Below, in pieces: positions 39,677 to 53,051 of a stretch of 64,000 nt of DNA (position 1 is its first letter; each line of letters opens with the position of its first letter). Source of the DNA: Narcine bancroftii (Eukaryota); NCBI RefSeq assembly GCF_036971445.1, contig NC_091469.1:421538001-421602000 (forward strand), in the 5' to 3' direction. A program made the position numbers and the translations under genes. The notes under the pieces are model-generated. The model did no database searches, was not told the DNA's origin, and saw only the letters and a list, made by a program, of their open reading frames with translations.

Positions 39677-40158
39677 CTTCACGAGAATGCTGACAGGATT
39701 TCAAGATTTGAGTTACAGAGAAAGGTTGTGCAGATTAGGGCTTTTTTCTCTGGAGTGTAGAAGATTGAGGGGGCACTTGATAGAGGTGTTTAAGATTTTA
39801 AAAGGGACAGACAGAGTAAATGTGGATAGACTTTTTCAATTAAGAGTAGGGGAGATTCAAACTAGAGGGCATGGTTTAAGATTGAAGGGGGAAAATTATA
39901 AGGGGAACGAGGGGAAATTTCTTTACGCAAAGGGTGGTAAGGATGTGGAATGAGCTTCCGACAGACGTGGTTGAGGCGGGATCATTGGTTACATTTAAGG
40001 ATAGACTGGATAGTTACATGGAGAGGAGAGGACTGGAGGGGTATGGACCGGGTGCTGGTCAGTGGGACTAGGAGGGTGGGGATTTGTTACGGCATGGACT
40101 AGTAAGGCCGAACTGGCCTGTTCTGTGCTGTAAGTGGTTATATGGTTATATGGTTATA
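39677..40158 (+). mobile_element. Well-preserved CR1 3' fragment with (GGTTATAT)n tail
   Basis: LSYRERLCRLGLFSLECRRLRGHLIEVFKIL...TRGH; 8-bp tandem tail. Confidence 0.92.
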
Positions 40159-40189
40159 TTGAATTTGTACCTCAGATGAGTAGTTATTT

Positions 40190-40410
40190 TCTTGGACTAA
40201 TAAGCAAGAGAGCATAAGTTTGAATTTAATCTTGAAAAAGTGACAAGAAAGCTAATGGATTGTTACAGAAACCCTACTGGTTCTTCGTTTTATGGAAACT
40301 ACTCAGTCTCATGACTAAGTAGTCAACTTTTAATTGATCCCTAAAACAAATAGGGATGAATAATAAATGCTAACTTTTTCTGCGATGCCACATCTCATGA
40401 ATGTATAATT
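40190..40410 (+). mobile_element. Highly decayed SINE-like remnant
   Basis: Tail TAGGGATGAATAATAAATGCT...GCGATGCCACATCTCATGAATG resembles a chondrichthyan SINE/LINE tail as recalled. Confidence 0.35.
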
Positions 40411-40789
40411 AACAAAGAAAATTCACCCACCACAACCCTGCAGAAATAATTTTAAACCATGTTGTGACCTTGCCCTCATTAATATCACTTCTGTTACCAT
40501 CTGATATTATTATAGAGCTTGAGTAAAAATCTGGAAAATGGATAATTATACCATTTTGTATCTTTATATAGATTGACAAAGAGGCAAGTTCTTATGTGTA
40601 AACAATGAGACATAATTATTTAATAAATTATTTACCTGTAGCTGAAAGTAAGAATAACTTTGTGGTATCATTTTCCTTGATTTACCACCACAAATCTTGA
40701 AAAGCTATCATTAACAGTTTGGAAAATATATCCATTTGGAGACAGGATATTGTAATCATGGGGAAAGACTATCGGCCCAGAAAAGTATA

Positions 40790-41900
40790 CTGCACAGAAG
40801 AATAGTTTTTGAGCCATGTATGCCAGCCAAAAAAGAGCTTGGTAGCCTAATCACACATTCTAACACTAGATCTTCAATTATATTTTCAAAATATATTGTA
40901 GGCTTCTGTCTCTATTTCCATTTTATACTGTGAGTTCCAGATCCCTACAACCCTTGAGGAGAAAATATTTGCTCTCCCTTTATAAACCATTAACCAATTA
41001 CTTTACATCTCTGAACCCTGGTGTTGCAAACTCTGCTAAGGGGAATAGACCCTTCTTAAATATTTGTAATTTTGTACAAGTCTTTCTTTATTGTCCTCTT
41101 AAAGAAAACAACCAACATTTATTTACATTTTTTTCCAGTTTTAGCAATAGTCTCTTGAATCTACTCTGCACCCTCTCCAGTACATCCACATCATTCCTAT
41201 AATGCGGTACTCATGTTAAGTCAAGTTTATTGTCATCTGATTGTCCAAGTACAACCCAATGAAACAGCAATCTCTGGTCCTTGGTGCAAAACATGCAGAC
41301 ATGCAACCAGACAACACACATAAGAGAAAAAATACATCTGCTGGACAAATATTTCCAACCATACAAATAAATAAACAAACATTGTTTCATGATATGAGAG
41401 TATCAGATGGTTAGTGCGAGCAGTTCCTTTTGTCATTCAGGATTCTCACTGCCTGTGGGAAGAAACTGCTCCACTCTCTCTCTCTTCCGACAGGAGCAGC
41501 TGAAGAATGCTGTGTGCAGGGTGGAAGGGGTCCTCAATGATTTTGCATGCCCTTTTCAGACAACGATCCTGGTAGATCGTGTCAGTAGTGGGGAGGGAGT
41601 TATCATGTACTGCATACAATTCCAGCATGACTACATAGTCTTGTATTTCCTGCCTTAGAGGAAGGCATCCATCTATCTAATCATTAAACAACTTTGCTTT
41701 CTTATATGGATCCCAATCTTGGAACCTGACTTTGAATTCTGATTTCCTTGTGGAATGCGTCTCTTCCATTTAGTCTTCCACATCTGACATGCATTTGCAT
41801 TCTTTAACACCATCAGATAATTGAAAGAATGTTGCGCAACATTTTCCCAAATACTTACATATTAAAAAAAGATTGATCAAATAGGATTGATTTTGGTGTA
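40790..41900 (-). mobile_element. Decayed CR1 fragment interrupted by a Rex1 3' end
   Basis: Minus-strand PHYRNDVDVLERVQSRFKRLL at about 41145-41208; weak CR1-like sequence resumes after 41600. Confidence 0.55.
41216..41600 (-). mobile_element. Rex1/Babar 3' end
   Basis: IYQDRCLKRACKIIEDPFHPAHSILQLL; tail GACAATAAACTTGACTT, same family as 44460-45867. Confidence 0.88.
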
Positions 41901-42709
41901 CTCACTAGGATTGTATGATAATCAGGGATGCAGTGCTACCAGAGCTCACAGGAGTGCTGCTCCAACACTTCAGGGGCAGTTCTGTCACCTCATGGGGTTG
42001 GTCCAGGCACTTCACAGGGCAGCTCTGTCAGCTCATGAGACTGCTCCAGGCACCTCCTTGTGAGCTCTGCACATTGAAAAATAGCACTGCACCACTGATG
42101 GTAATACTGGTTAGATTTTCTTGAATTATTGAATCATTAATTTTTTCCCCACATATTCTTGATGTCACTGTCAGCAAGCCAGTCTTTACATAGGTTGAAA
42201 TTGATTAATTCTCTATTACCGGACTCAGCAAGGACTTACAAGCTTTACACTGCATTGTGATTTCAAGTGGAGAATCAGTGTTGCATAATCATGTACCTGA
42301 TGAGGATTCGGGGGGTGGGGGGGGGGGGCTTCATCTTTTTTCTCATCTTCTCAGCTATTTATGTCTAAAATGTGCAGCCTGCAGCCTGCAGCCTGTAACT
42401 AGATAATGTGACAAATTATTGAGTTATACCAACAGAGCCAGTGAGGAGAATTTTTGTTTCTTTTAATTTCTTGAGAATTGGGTCTGAAAATGCTTCTCCA
42501 AATATTGATTATTGTAAAAAGTGCCAAAAAGTTCCTGATGCCAAGTATTGCCAATCTTCCCATAGTCAGCTAAAGGAAGTTTGTACCATTTTTTTTCCAC
42601 CAGAGATTTAGAAAGATTTATTTTCATTGTTTGATTGCTTGGTCCTGAATAGGCCAAAAAGTGTTTAGACTGGAATCTGATTTCAGAATGGCAGAACTTC
42701 TTAAATTAT

Positions 42710-42930
42710 TAAGCAGAAATTGTTGGAAAAACTCAGCAGGTCAAACTGCACCTGTGGGAAGAGAAACAGTTAACAATTCAGGTCAAGACCTTACATCAGA
42801 ACTGGGAAGGAGACAAAAGAAGCCTGTTAAGCTGTGGGAGGTAGAAGGGGGAGGGGGGAAAAATCTCTGAGATAGAATGGGGCTTACCTGCTGAATATTT
42901 ACAGCATTTTCTGTTTTTATTTTAGATTTG
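42710..42930. mobile_element. Penelope-derived inverted terminal-repeat element with degenerate hammerhead core
   Basis: Inverted arms at about 42712-42741 and 42886-42915, similar to the terminus of the Penelope copy at 48300-48430. Confidence 0.6.
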
Positions 42931-43489
42931 TAGTCTCTCCAGGTTTTTAAAAAAATATTATTTCACTGACAGACCTTCAGAATTTGGAAACCACTTGAGA
43001 CAAATATCTGTTAGTCAATCTACAGCATAATAGGAGAAAGCTTCTTATTGCCATAGATGCTTCAGGCATCATCTAGACCCTTAAGACAAGTTTTCACTGA
43101 CTTCATTATAAGCATTTCATCATTTACATTTGAATCAGTGGGCATATCTCAAAATAAATAATAATGCGCAAAACTCAACTTCACTAGAATAACATTAGCA
43201 TAAAATTATTTGTCACTTGGACAGGTTGGCCTGTTTTCCTGAGGGTTTAAATATTTTTTTCCTCCTTTAGTTTGTCTGTCTTCAGGTCCCTTAACTCTGA
43301 GAAGCTCCAGTTTACTTCCATGGTGTAAGGAGGTCTGGAGTATGAATTTAGAAAAGGTCACATTACATATAATTTAAATCCAGCCTGAAAAGAATTTCAC
43401 AAGTACTTGCATCTGTATTTAGTTTAAACAAGAATGTAACCCTTTGTCAATATTTGTTTGACATGCCTTCTATGTTTGCTTCGAAAGAT

Positions 43490-43825
43490 AAAACAATGAA
43501 GAACCCTTGTGAGCCCCCATGTTCCCAGCGACTCTGTGCTCCCAGTTTCTGAGACAGATGTGAACAGAATGTACTGGAGGGTCAATCCTTAAAAAGCATC
43601 TAACTGAGACAATGTTCCTGGCTCTGTCTTAAAACCAATGGGCAGTAGTTTTTGTGGACATTTTCAATCTGCCTCTACAACAGTCAGAGGTCGCCACCTG
43701 CTTGAAAATGACTTCCATTATACCAGTGCTCAAAAAGAACAAGATGAGATGCCTCAATAACTATCCAGTGACACTGACATCTCCACCATGATGAAGTGCT
43801 TTGAGAGGTTGGTTATGGATAACCT
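43490..43825 (+). mobile_element. Rex1/Babar internal RT fragment
   Basis: DIFNLPLQQSEVATCLKMTSIIPVLKKNK...MMKCFERLVM. Confidence 0.75.
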
Positions 43826-44459
43826 TCAAGCAGTTGCTCAGTAAAAAGTGACTGAGAAAGAAACAGAGATTTGAGGAGGAAATTCCAGAATTTTGGAACC
43901 CAAACCTCAAAGGGTGAAGGAACTATGCAATGCAAGGGAGGCCAGAGGTAGAGAAACACAGAGGAAATTACCCTTACTCTGAGAGGGTTCATTATGAAAG
44001 AATGAGTGTAAGAATGGTACTTACTGGATCACAACATCTGTAAGGATGGCAATGAGTCTGGTTCTATGGCTTAGAAAGGAAATGGGGGTGGGGGGAGGAG
44101 AAAGATAGTGATAGGGAATTCAGTGGATAGGGATAGGCAGGATTCTACAGAGGAGATCAAGACTCCCAGATGGCATGTCAAGATCAGACACCTCAGATTG
44201 AGTCGACAGTATTCTTGAGAGGGCATGTGAGCAGCCAGATTTCATGGTATGCATTGGTACCAATGACATAAATAGCAAAAGGGAGGATGTTTTGAAGACT
44301 GAATATAGGGAGTTGAAGGAAGCTAAAAAACCAGGACTTTAGGGTAATAATCTCTAGATTGCTGCCTGTGCTGTGTGCCAGTGAGAGTAAGAATATGTCA
44401 GATGATTGCACGGCTGAAGAGTTGAAGCAGGGAGCAGAGGTTCAGATTTGTGGATCATT

Positions 44460-45867
44460 CAACACCTCACTGCAGCAGTCTATCATTCCAGTAGGGTTCA
44501 AGACAGCCACCATCATCTTGGTACCCAAGAGAGCAACAATAACAGTTCTCAATGACTACTGCCCTGTGGCACTGACCTCCACCATTATAAAATGCTTCAA
44601 TTGTCTGGTGATGGAACACATCAAAGCACACCTAGACCCATTTTAATTCACCTACAGAAGAAACCATTCCATAGACAATGCTATAACCTTATCCCTTCAC
44701 TCCTTCCTAATCCACTTAGAAAATGATACCTCATACATCAGGCTGCTGTTGATTGACCAGCTTAGTATTTAATATGATCATTCCTGAGAGACTGCTGGAG
44801 AAGCTGTCCTCACTAGGATTCAACACCCCTCTCTGTAACTGGATTCAGGGCTTCCTAAATCTGTCCAGGTTGGTAGCAGAACATCAAGCATTGTCACGCT
44901 GAACATTGGTGCAGCTCAGGACTGTGTGCTCAGCCTACTCTTGTTCATGCTGCTGACGCACAACTCTAATAGTGTCATCAAGTTTGCAGATGACAAAACA
45001 GTAGTTGGCCTCATCAGCAACAAAAATTAGACCCTTACAGAGAAGAGGTGGAAAATCTCATCATATGGTGCCATAATATCAACTTGAAACTCAGTGTGGA
45101 GAAGACAAAGGAGATGATTGTGAACTTCAGGAGGACCAAGAATGACCACGCTCCACTAAATATCTACAACTCTATAGTAGAGAGAGTCGAGAGTACCAAG
45201 TTCCAAGGAGTTCACTTAACTAGTGACCTATCGTGGACACTCAACACCTCCTCACTTGTCAGAAAGGCACATCAGCGACTGCATTTCCTGAGAAGACTGA
45301 AGTGGGCATGGCTAACGGCAACCATTATGTCATCCTTCTAGAGGAGCTCTATCGAGACTGTTCTGGCCGGTTGATTCACAATGTTGTACAGTTGCTGTAG
45401 ACCAATGGATCAGAGGTCAATCCACAGGACCATAAGAGTGGCAGAGAGTATCACTGGAATCTACCTCCCCCACTATTGATGTGATCTTTTGGGATCATTG
45501 TCTGAAGAGGGTGCACAAAATTATTGAGGACCCCTTCCACCCTGCACACAGCATATTTCAGCTGCTCCCATCAGGAAAGAGATACAGGAGTACCAGAGCC
45601 AGCACCACCAGGCTGAGGAATAGCTTCTTCCCATAGGCAGTGAGAATGATGAACAACCAAAGGAACCACTCACACTAACCATGCAAAGCTCTCAACTTAA
45701 TGAAACAATATTTTTTCATTTATTTGTAAATATATATATGAATACTTGTCCTGCATATGTATTGATTGTCTGCATGTGTATAATGTCTGGTTGTATGTCT
45801 GAGGATTGGAGAAGGCTGTTTCATCGGGTTGTACTTGTACAATCAGATGACAATAAACTTGACTTGA
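44460..45867 (+). mobile_element. Rex1/Babar LINE nested in CR1 ORF1
   Basis: FKTATIILVPK...NDYCPVALTS, KFADD, KAHQRLHFLRRL; tail AATAAACTTGACTTGA; CATT on both sides (44456-44459 and 45868-45871). Confidence 0.92.
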
Positions 45868-47191
45868 CATTGGAATCTCTTCTGGGGACGTATAAAAAGG
45901 ATGGGTTGCACCTGAACTCAAGAGGAACCAATATCCTTATGGGTAGATTTGCTAGGGCTGTTGGTGAGGGTTTAAATGATGTAGGCAGTCAGATGGGAAC
46001 CAGACTGTTGGTCAGATGATGGAACAATTGGTGGAAATGTAGATATAATGTGCAGTGAGACTGTAAAGAAGGGCAGGCAGTGGATAGGGCATAAATGCAG
46101 TCAGTTAGATGGGTTGAAATGTGTTCACTTTAATGGGAGACGTACTGAGAGTAAGCATCAGTACATGGAATTACGATGTTGTGGCCGTTACAGAGATGTG
46201 GCTGTTGCAAGAGTAGGATTGGATGATTCATGTTCTGGGGTTTAGATGTTTCAAAAGGAATAAGGAAAGAGATTAAAAAATGGTGGGGGGCAGGGGGAGT
46301 GGCATTGTTCACCAGGGATAGTGTCAGAGTTGCAGGACGTCATGGAGGCAATCATCTACTGAGTCAGTGTGGGTTTAAGACAGAAACAGGAAGGGAGTAA
46401 TCACTTTCTTGGGAGTATTCAAGAAGACCCCCCATTAGCCTCTAGGCCACTGAGGAGCAGGTAAAATAGACAGATTTTGGAAAAGCGCAACAATAACAAG
46501 ATTGTTGTCATAGGTGTCTTCAACTACATAATATTAATTGTTAATGACATGAAGGTTGGAGGTGTTGTGCATAACGTAGAATGTTGTCTCACAAACTGAG
46601 ATATAGGGAGCATACAGAGTTTGCAGAGAAGAGGAAGAGTTCAATCTGGAAAAGTGTGACGTGATAAACTTTAGAACATCAAACTTGAAGGTGGAGTGTA
46701 TGATTAATGGCAGGATGCTTATCAGTGTGCATGAATAGAGAGATCTTGAGGTCCAAATTAATAGATCCCATGCCATGCAAGTTGAAAGGCTGGTTCAGTG
46801 GATGTATGGGGTACTGGCTTTCATTTGTCAGGGAATTAAGTTTAAAGGCTATGAAGAACTGTTACAGCTCTATAAAACTCTGGGTTGACCATATTTAGGA
46901 ATATTTTGTTTAGTTCTCATCACCTACTTATTGGAAAGATGTGAAAGGTTAAGAGAGGGTGTAAAGGAAATTTACCAGGGTGCTGCCTGAATGGAATGGA
47001 GAAAGGTTATAACGAAAGGTTGAGAAAGCTAGGGTTTTTCTATTTGAAACAATGGAGAATGAGGGGCAATTTACCAGAAATGTACAAGATTGTGAAAGGC
47101 ATAGAGATCACTGAGTGGCAATGGCCAATACCAGAAGATATCTGTTTAATGTGAGTGGAGGAATGTTTAGGGGAGATGTTATGATAGATTT

Positions 47192-47450
47192 TTACATAGA
47201 GATTGTTGGATGCCCGGATCACATTGCCAGTGATGGTGGAAGATGGCACAATAGGGACATTCGAAAAAAAAAAACAGATAGGTAGATGAGTTATGGTTTG
47301 AGGGAGGGAATGGCAGATACTTACATAGAGATTATTGGGTGCCTGGAATACATTGCCAGGGTGATGGTGGAAGCTGGTACAATAGGGACATTTGAAAAAA
47401 AAACACAGATAGGTAGATATAGATAGTTATGCGTTTGAGGGAGGGAATGG
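47192..47450 (+). repeat. About 125-bp tandem duplication within the CR1 3' region
   Basis: ttacatagagatt...gagggagggaatgg occurs at 47192-47313 and 47321-47450. Confidence 0.85.
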
Positions 47451-47870
47451 TTGGATTGTTCATAGGATTATGTATTGCACTTTATTCTATGTTCTAATTT
47501 TAAAATTGTACATTGGAGATACGTAGATCAGAAAATAAATGGTGGGACTTGATATTGGTATGTATACAGGAGTAAGTCTTGATAATAGTTAATAGGGGTG
47601 TAAAATTGAATGCCTGTCGGAATTGTTGATCCTGGAAATGGCAAAAGCATGATTTAGGCTATAAATGGACTAAATTTGCAGTGGAGATGAATGTTGTTGC
47701 TGAGATGGAATCAAATGTTTTTATAATTTTAATGGTACTGGTCCTCACTCACATATCAGTCGACTAGGAGGATGACATTTTGAGTAACCTAATTTAGTAT
47801 GCACCACTGGATCAAATCGGTGGGTATACTCTGTGTCATTTCTGCATAGAGGTTTCAGTCAGTATGAATA

Positions 47871-47915
47871 AATATAACCATATAACCATATAACCATCTA
47901 CAGCACGGAAACAGT
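47871..47915 (-). mobile_element. Extremely 5'-truncated CR1 tail
   Basis: (ATATAACC)3 followed by tacagcacggaaacag, the reverse complement of the tail family at 40117-40158. Confidence 0.7.
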
Positions 47916-48294
47916 ATGATGAGTTTACAAAGAAAAGGAACTAAGCAGGATTGCTTCAGAAGTTTCTTTTATCTCTAATTAACTGGTTTTTCTTACATTC
48001 ACAATACCCATGAAAGGTAGATGAAGATTGCTCAGTGTCCCAGCAAGAATATTTAATAAGTGCCTCAGGTTAGCAAGGTATGTAACCTGGTTTATAACAT
48101 GTATAATAATTTACAGCAATCTGGATTACTCCGCTGAACATTCTCTTTCTTCTTGGTTTTTCCTTTTTTTTGGGATCTATGGTAAAGTACATCAGCATCA
48201 CATTGGTCGAAGAATATAGATTTGCAACATATACTATGATTTGTAACATTGAAAGTTTAATGAAATTCCATGTTCTGAATTCTCACCTTTGGAG

Positions 48295-50690
48295 TGAAGC
48301 AGGAAAGTCTGCAAACTCTGTGATTGTAATTAAAACACTGGAGGAACTCAGCTGGTTTTGCAGCAGCCATAGGAGGTAAAGATATATTAGCAACATTTCA
48401 GGCTTGAGCCTTTCTTCAAGGTTTAAGCAAAAAGCAGGCAGGTGTCTGAATTAGACAGGGAAAGAAAGGGGGAAGAATGGGAGGGGGAGGAGTCCAGACC
48501 AACAGACAAAAGGTGTTAATTAAATATAAAAAGAAGAAAGGTGAGTATTAATTTTGGCACTGTGAAAGAAGACAGAGGGAAAAGGAGCTGGGAAGAAGAT
48601 GGGAGAGGGGAGTTTAACAGAAACCAGAAAAGCCAATGTTAATGCTTCTGCCCAGACAGAAGATGAGGTGTTGTTACTCCAATTTGCAGATGGTCTCATT
48701 CTGGCAGTGCATGAGACTATGAACAGACATGTCAGCAAGGGAATGGGACAGGGAATTGAAGTGGGAGACCCATACTATTGTGGCTGACAGAGCGAATGTC
48801 CTTAACAAAGTGATCTCTCAATCTGTGCCCAGTCTCTTTGCTATAGAGGATACCACAACAGGAGCACCAGATGCAGTAGATGACCCCTGCAGGTTCACAA
48901 CTCAAATGCTGCTTCACTTAGAAGGACTGTTTTGGGCCCCAAATGATGATGAGGGAGGTGTGGGCATAGGCGTATCTAGGGTATGGCACCTAGGGCATAT
49001 GCCCTGGGTGCCACTTGCATGAGGCACCACTGTCTTCACCTCACCCACCCAATATCCAAGTCCATAGCCCAACAATGAATTTCCATCCCAGGGGTGCTGT
49101 GCTGCCGGGGCTCACTGAGCACCCTAAAGCATTGCTCTGGCACCTCACTAGCCCACTCCGGGCCAGCACCTCATCAGGCCTCTTCAGGGCTGCTTTTGGG
49201 CCACTCTTGCACCTCACTCAATGCGGGATCAATGGGCAAAATGGCCATCTTCCTTACCCATAATTCCCTACTCAGCTGGAACTTTTCTGCCAGTGCTAGC
49301 ACCAGGGAAGCACAGAGTGGTTTCTGCTGCGTGGGGGATTATAGGTAAGGAAGATGGCCATTTTCCTATTGATTCCTCATTGAGCGAGATGCCGGAGCGG
49401 CCATGAAGCAGTCTGATGTGTGACCCAGGGCGGCCTAGTGAGGTGCTGTATTGGTACTCTGTTGAGCTCTGGCAGCACTGTACCCAGAGCCAGCGCTACC
49501 ATTAGGCGAACCAGACCTCAGAGGGAGCACTGGCGACCCTCTGAACAATCGCAGGTAAGAGTTTATTTTACCCTAAATAGCAGCTATGTTTGTATCCCAC
49601 AAATTGCAAGGGGAGAGATTATGTGCCTGGAGGGAGAAAAAAAGACCTGTGCCTGACTTATCCAATCTTCACTGGGAGACCCCTTGTGTTATCGGTGCCT
49701 GCAGCAGATTCTTGCAAAACAGAGGGGGAGTTGGAGTTTTTATTGAAGTAATTGGGGAATTGCAGCAATGAAAATTCAAGAGTTCACCCCAACTCCCCAA
49801 GTGCATGTTCTGTTCCCCACTGAAGCTGGGCTGTTATTCCAGGATGAGAAAGGAAGATGAGGTACATGCTTGCTGCCTTTCTTGGCTCCGCAGTCAGGTT
49901 GGTCCGGCCTGGTCTTGGGTGAGTGAGGGGCGGCATTCAGTCACCACCAGTGCAATGGCAGTTAACTGTAATGCATTTGCAGTTCTTTGGACAGAGCACT
50001 CCTATGCATGTATATTCAACAATGCTGGTTTCTTAAACAAAGCAAATGAGTCTAATTGCATGGCAGGCACAGAGGCTTTAAACAGAGGAGGGGAAGGGAG
50101 GGAGAGAGTGAGAGAGACTGCTTCTCCCCATTAAAACCTTTTGTCAGTCCCACTTCTAACCCTGTTACAATGAACCCTGCTGTGAGGAATGGAGCTGAAT
50201 TATGGAATAGAAATACATGACCTCTGAGAAAGTGCCCAATACACACGTGGCCAATCGTCAAAAGTAGCCCAATTGTGTGTGAAAACCGCCCAAATGTCAA
50301 CTTTATGTGCGCTTTTTGTTAACTGGGTGGGGGGCACAATTTCAGTGCTTGCCATAGGGGCTATTTTACCTACATATGCCACTGGGTGTGGGAGTAAGCG
50401 GACCATCTTCTGTGGTAACAAGGGTTGGTGCCAAGTGAACGATTGATGGGGAGGGAGGAGTGGACAAGGGAGTCATGGAGGGTGTGGTCCTTGCACAAGG
50501 CAGAGAGGGAGGAGAGAGGAATATGTGGCTGCAGGTGTGATCATGTAGTAGGTGGAGTAAATGGTGGAGAAGGATATGTTGAAGGGAGGCTGGTTGGGTT
50601 GTAGGTGAGGACAAGGGGGTGAAGGGAGCCAAGGCAGACTTGTGGGTAATGGAGGATATGTGGGTGAAGGGCGAGTTGATGGTGGTAGAA
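48295..50690 (-). mobile_element. Penelope-like retroelement 3' portion (48295-48964 and 50385-50690), split by a hAT-type insertion
   Basis: GIY-YIG-like VIYCIWCSCCGILYSKETGHRLRDHF, upstream PLVLTYNPTS motif, and terminal repeat with hammerhead-like core. Confidence 0.85.
48965..50384. mobile_element. Non-autonomous hAT-type DNA transposon (1420 bp)
   Basis: Exact 8-bp target site duplication GGTGTGGG (48957-48964 and 50385-50392); imperfect TIRs CATAGGCGTATCTAGG and CAGTGGCATATGTAGG (reverse complement). Confidence 0.85.
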
Positions 50691-50694
50691 CAAG

Positions 50695-51400
50695 TAACAA
50701 AATTCAGTATTTTGCGGCAACATCACAGTGCAAACATTCATATTATAATCATCTTACAACAATAATAAATTAAAAAATAAAAATAGTAGTGCATGAAAAG
50801 TAAGGCAGTGACTTGGGTTCATTGATCATTCAGGAATCCGATGGCAGTGGGGAATAAGCTGTCCCTGTACCACTGAGTACTTGTCCTTAGACTCCTATAC
50901 CTCCTTCTTAATGGCAGCAGAGTGAAGATGGCATGGCCTGGGTGGTGAGAGTCTTTGAGGATAGAGACTTTTTTTAAGATACCACCTCATGTAGATGTCC
51001 TCGATGGAGTGGTCTGATGCCTGTGTTGTCACTGGCCAAGTTAAGAACCCTCTGGAGTTTTTTCTTGTCCTGAGATTTGGGGCCTCCATACCAGACAGTG
51101 ATACAACCAGCCAGAATGCTCTGCACAGTACATCTGTAGAAGTTGTTGAGTCTTCGGTCACATACCGAATCTCAAATACCTCACAAAGTATAGCATCTGG
51201 TGAGTCTTCTTTGTGTTTGCATCAAAATGGAGGCTCCAGGACAGATCCTGAGAGATGTTCACCACCAGGAATTTGAAGTTCTTGACCCTCTTCAATACTG
51301 AGCCTTCAATGAGGAATTCCCCTGAATTCCTTCTGAAGCCCACAATCATTTCTTTGGTTTTGCTAATATTGAGTGCAAGGTTGACGATGTGACACCTCTC
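50695..51400 (-). mobile_element. Rex1/Babar LINE fragment
   Basis: MIVGFRR...VKNFKFLVVNISQDLSWSLH...KKTHQMLYFVRYL. Confidence 0.88.
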
Positions 51401-51403
51401 AAA

Positions 51404-53050
51404 GAGCTGGAGCCAGAAGAGATGGGAGAGATCTTAAATTTTTTTTTGCTCAGTATTTACTCAGGAAACTGTCACAGATTCTAGAGAAATAACGAAAGCA
51501 GGCAGTGATGCGGAGGTGATTGCTATCTTCAAGCAAATAAGGGCGGATAAATCCTCAGGGTCTGACAAAATATTCCCTCAGACCTTGAGGAGGCTAGTGT
51601 AGAGATTGGAGGGGCTATGGCAGAAATATTTAAAATGTCCTTAGCCATGGGTGAAGTGCTTATTTTTAAAAAAAGTCTCGAAAAATAACCCAAGAAATTA
51701 TAGGCCCATGAGCCTGATGCCCCTAAGAAATTAAATCTACAAGTATGTGGATAGCCAGGGACTGATTATGGATAGTCAACATGGCTTTGTGTGTGGTAGG
51801 TGGTGTTTAATAAATCTTAGAGATTTTTGAGGAGGTTACCATGAACATTGATGAAGGAAAGGATGTGGATGTTGTCTACATGGACTTCAGTAAGACCTTC
51901 AACAAGATCCCACATGGTAGGTTAGTCAGGAAGGTTCATGGTAAGGTAGTAAACTGGATTCAACATTGGCTATATGGGAGGAGCCACAGAGTGGTAATGG
52001 ATTGCTGCTGCTCAGATTGAAAGCATCTGACTAGTGGTGTGCCTTGAGCATCAGTGCTGGGACCATTGTTGTTTGTCATGTCTATCAATGATCTGGATAA
52101 TAATGTGGTAAATTTGATCAGCAAATTTGCAAATTTTGCACTAAGATTGGAGGTGTTGTGGACAGTGATAAAGGATATCAAAGCTTGCAGAGGGATCTGG
52201 ACCAGCTGGAAAAATGGGCTGAAAAATGGCAATTAGAATTTAATGCAGATGAGTGTGAGGTGTTGCATTTTAAAAGGACAAACCAAGGTAAATTTAATCA
52301 GGGTAAATGGTAGGGCACTGAAGAGTGCAGTAGAACAGAGGGATCTGGGAATATAGGTACAGTAAATATTTCCCTGAAAGTGATGTCTGAGGTAGATAGA
52401 TTTGTAAAGAGAGCTTTTAGCATATTGGCCTTCTTCACAAATCAAAGTAATGAGTATTGGCATTGGGATATTAAGTTGTATAAGACATTGGTGAGGCCAG
52501 ATTTGGAGTATTGTATGCAGTTTTAGTCACGTAACTACAGGAAAGGTATCAATAAGAGTGCAGAGAATATTTATTCAGATATTGCCAGAACTTCAGGAAC
52601 TGAGTTACAGGGAAAGGTTAAACAGGTGAGGACTTTGTTCCCTGGAACATAGAAAAATGAGGGGAGGTTTGGTAGATATATACAAAATTATGAGGGATAT
52701 AGGTAGAGTAAATTCAAGTTGGCTTTTCCACTGAGGTTAGATGAGATACAATCCAGAGGACATGGGTCAAGGGTGAATGTGAAAAAGTTTAGGAGGAACA
52801 TTTGGGGGAACTTCTTCACACAGAGAGTGGTGGGAGTAGAGTGTTGAACAAACTACCAGCTGAAGTGATAATGGGGCTCAGTTTTCACATTTAAGAAAAA
52901 TTTGGACAGATTCATGGATGGGAAGGTGATAGAGGTCTATGGATTGCATACAGGTCAGTGCACAAGGCAAAAAAATAGTTTGGCACAGACTAGAAGGGCT
53001 GAAGGGCTTTTTATTCTGTGCTGTAATGTTCTATAGTTCTATGGTTCTTT
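51404..53050 (+). mobile_element. CR1 LINE ORF2 RT region to 3' tail, decayed
   Basis: SQHGFV, VDVVYMDFSKTFNKIPH, VLGPLLFV, LYKTLVRPDLEYC; tail (ttctatgg)-like. Confidence 0.93.
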
Positions 53051-53051
53051 G

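Larger units (their letters stand above)
44095..47497 (+). mobile_element. Decayed CR1 LINE with ORF1 esterase, endonuclease, RT end and tail; interrupted by Rex1 at 44460-45867
   Basis: SGNH-like motifs VIGNS, IGTNDI and YKKDGLHLN...GRFARAVGEGLN; endonuclease remnants at 46100-46530; tail ttctatgttcta. Confidence 0.85.

Noticed and set aside
43690-43706. CTCF-like motif CAAGCAGGTGGCGAC (minus strand)
   Set aside because: Core mismatch and located within a Rex1 coding remnant; not supportable without ChIP
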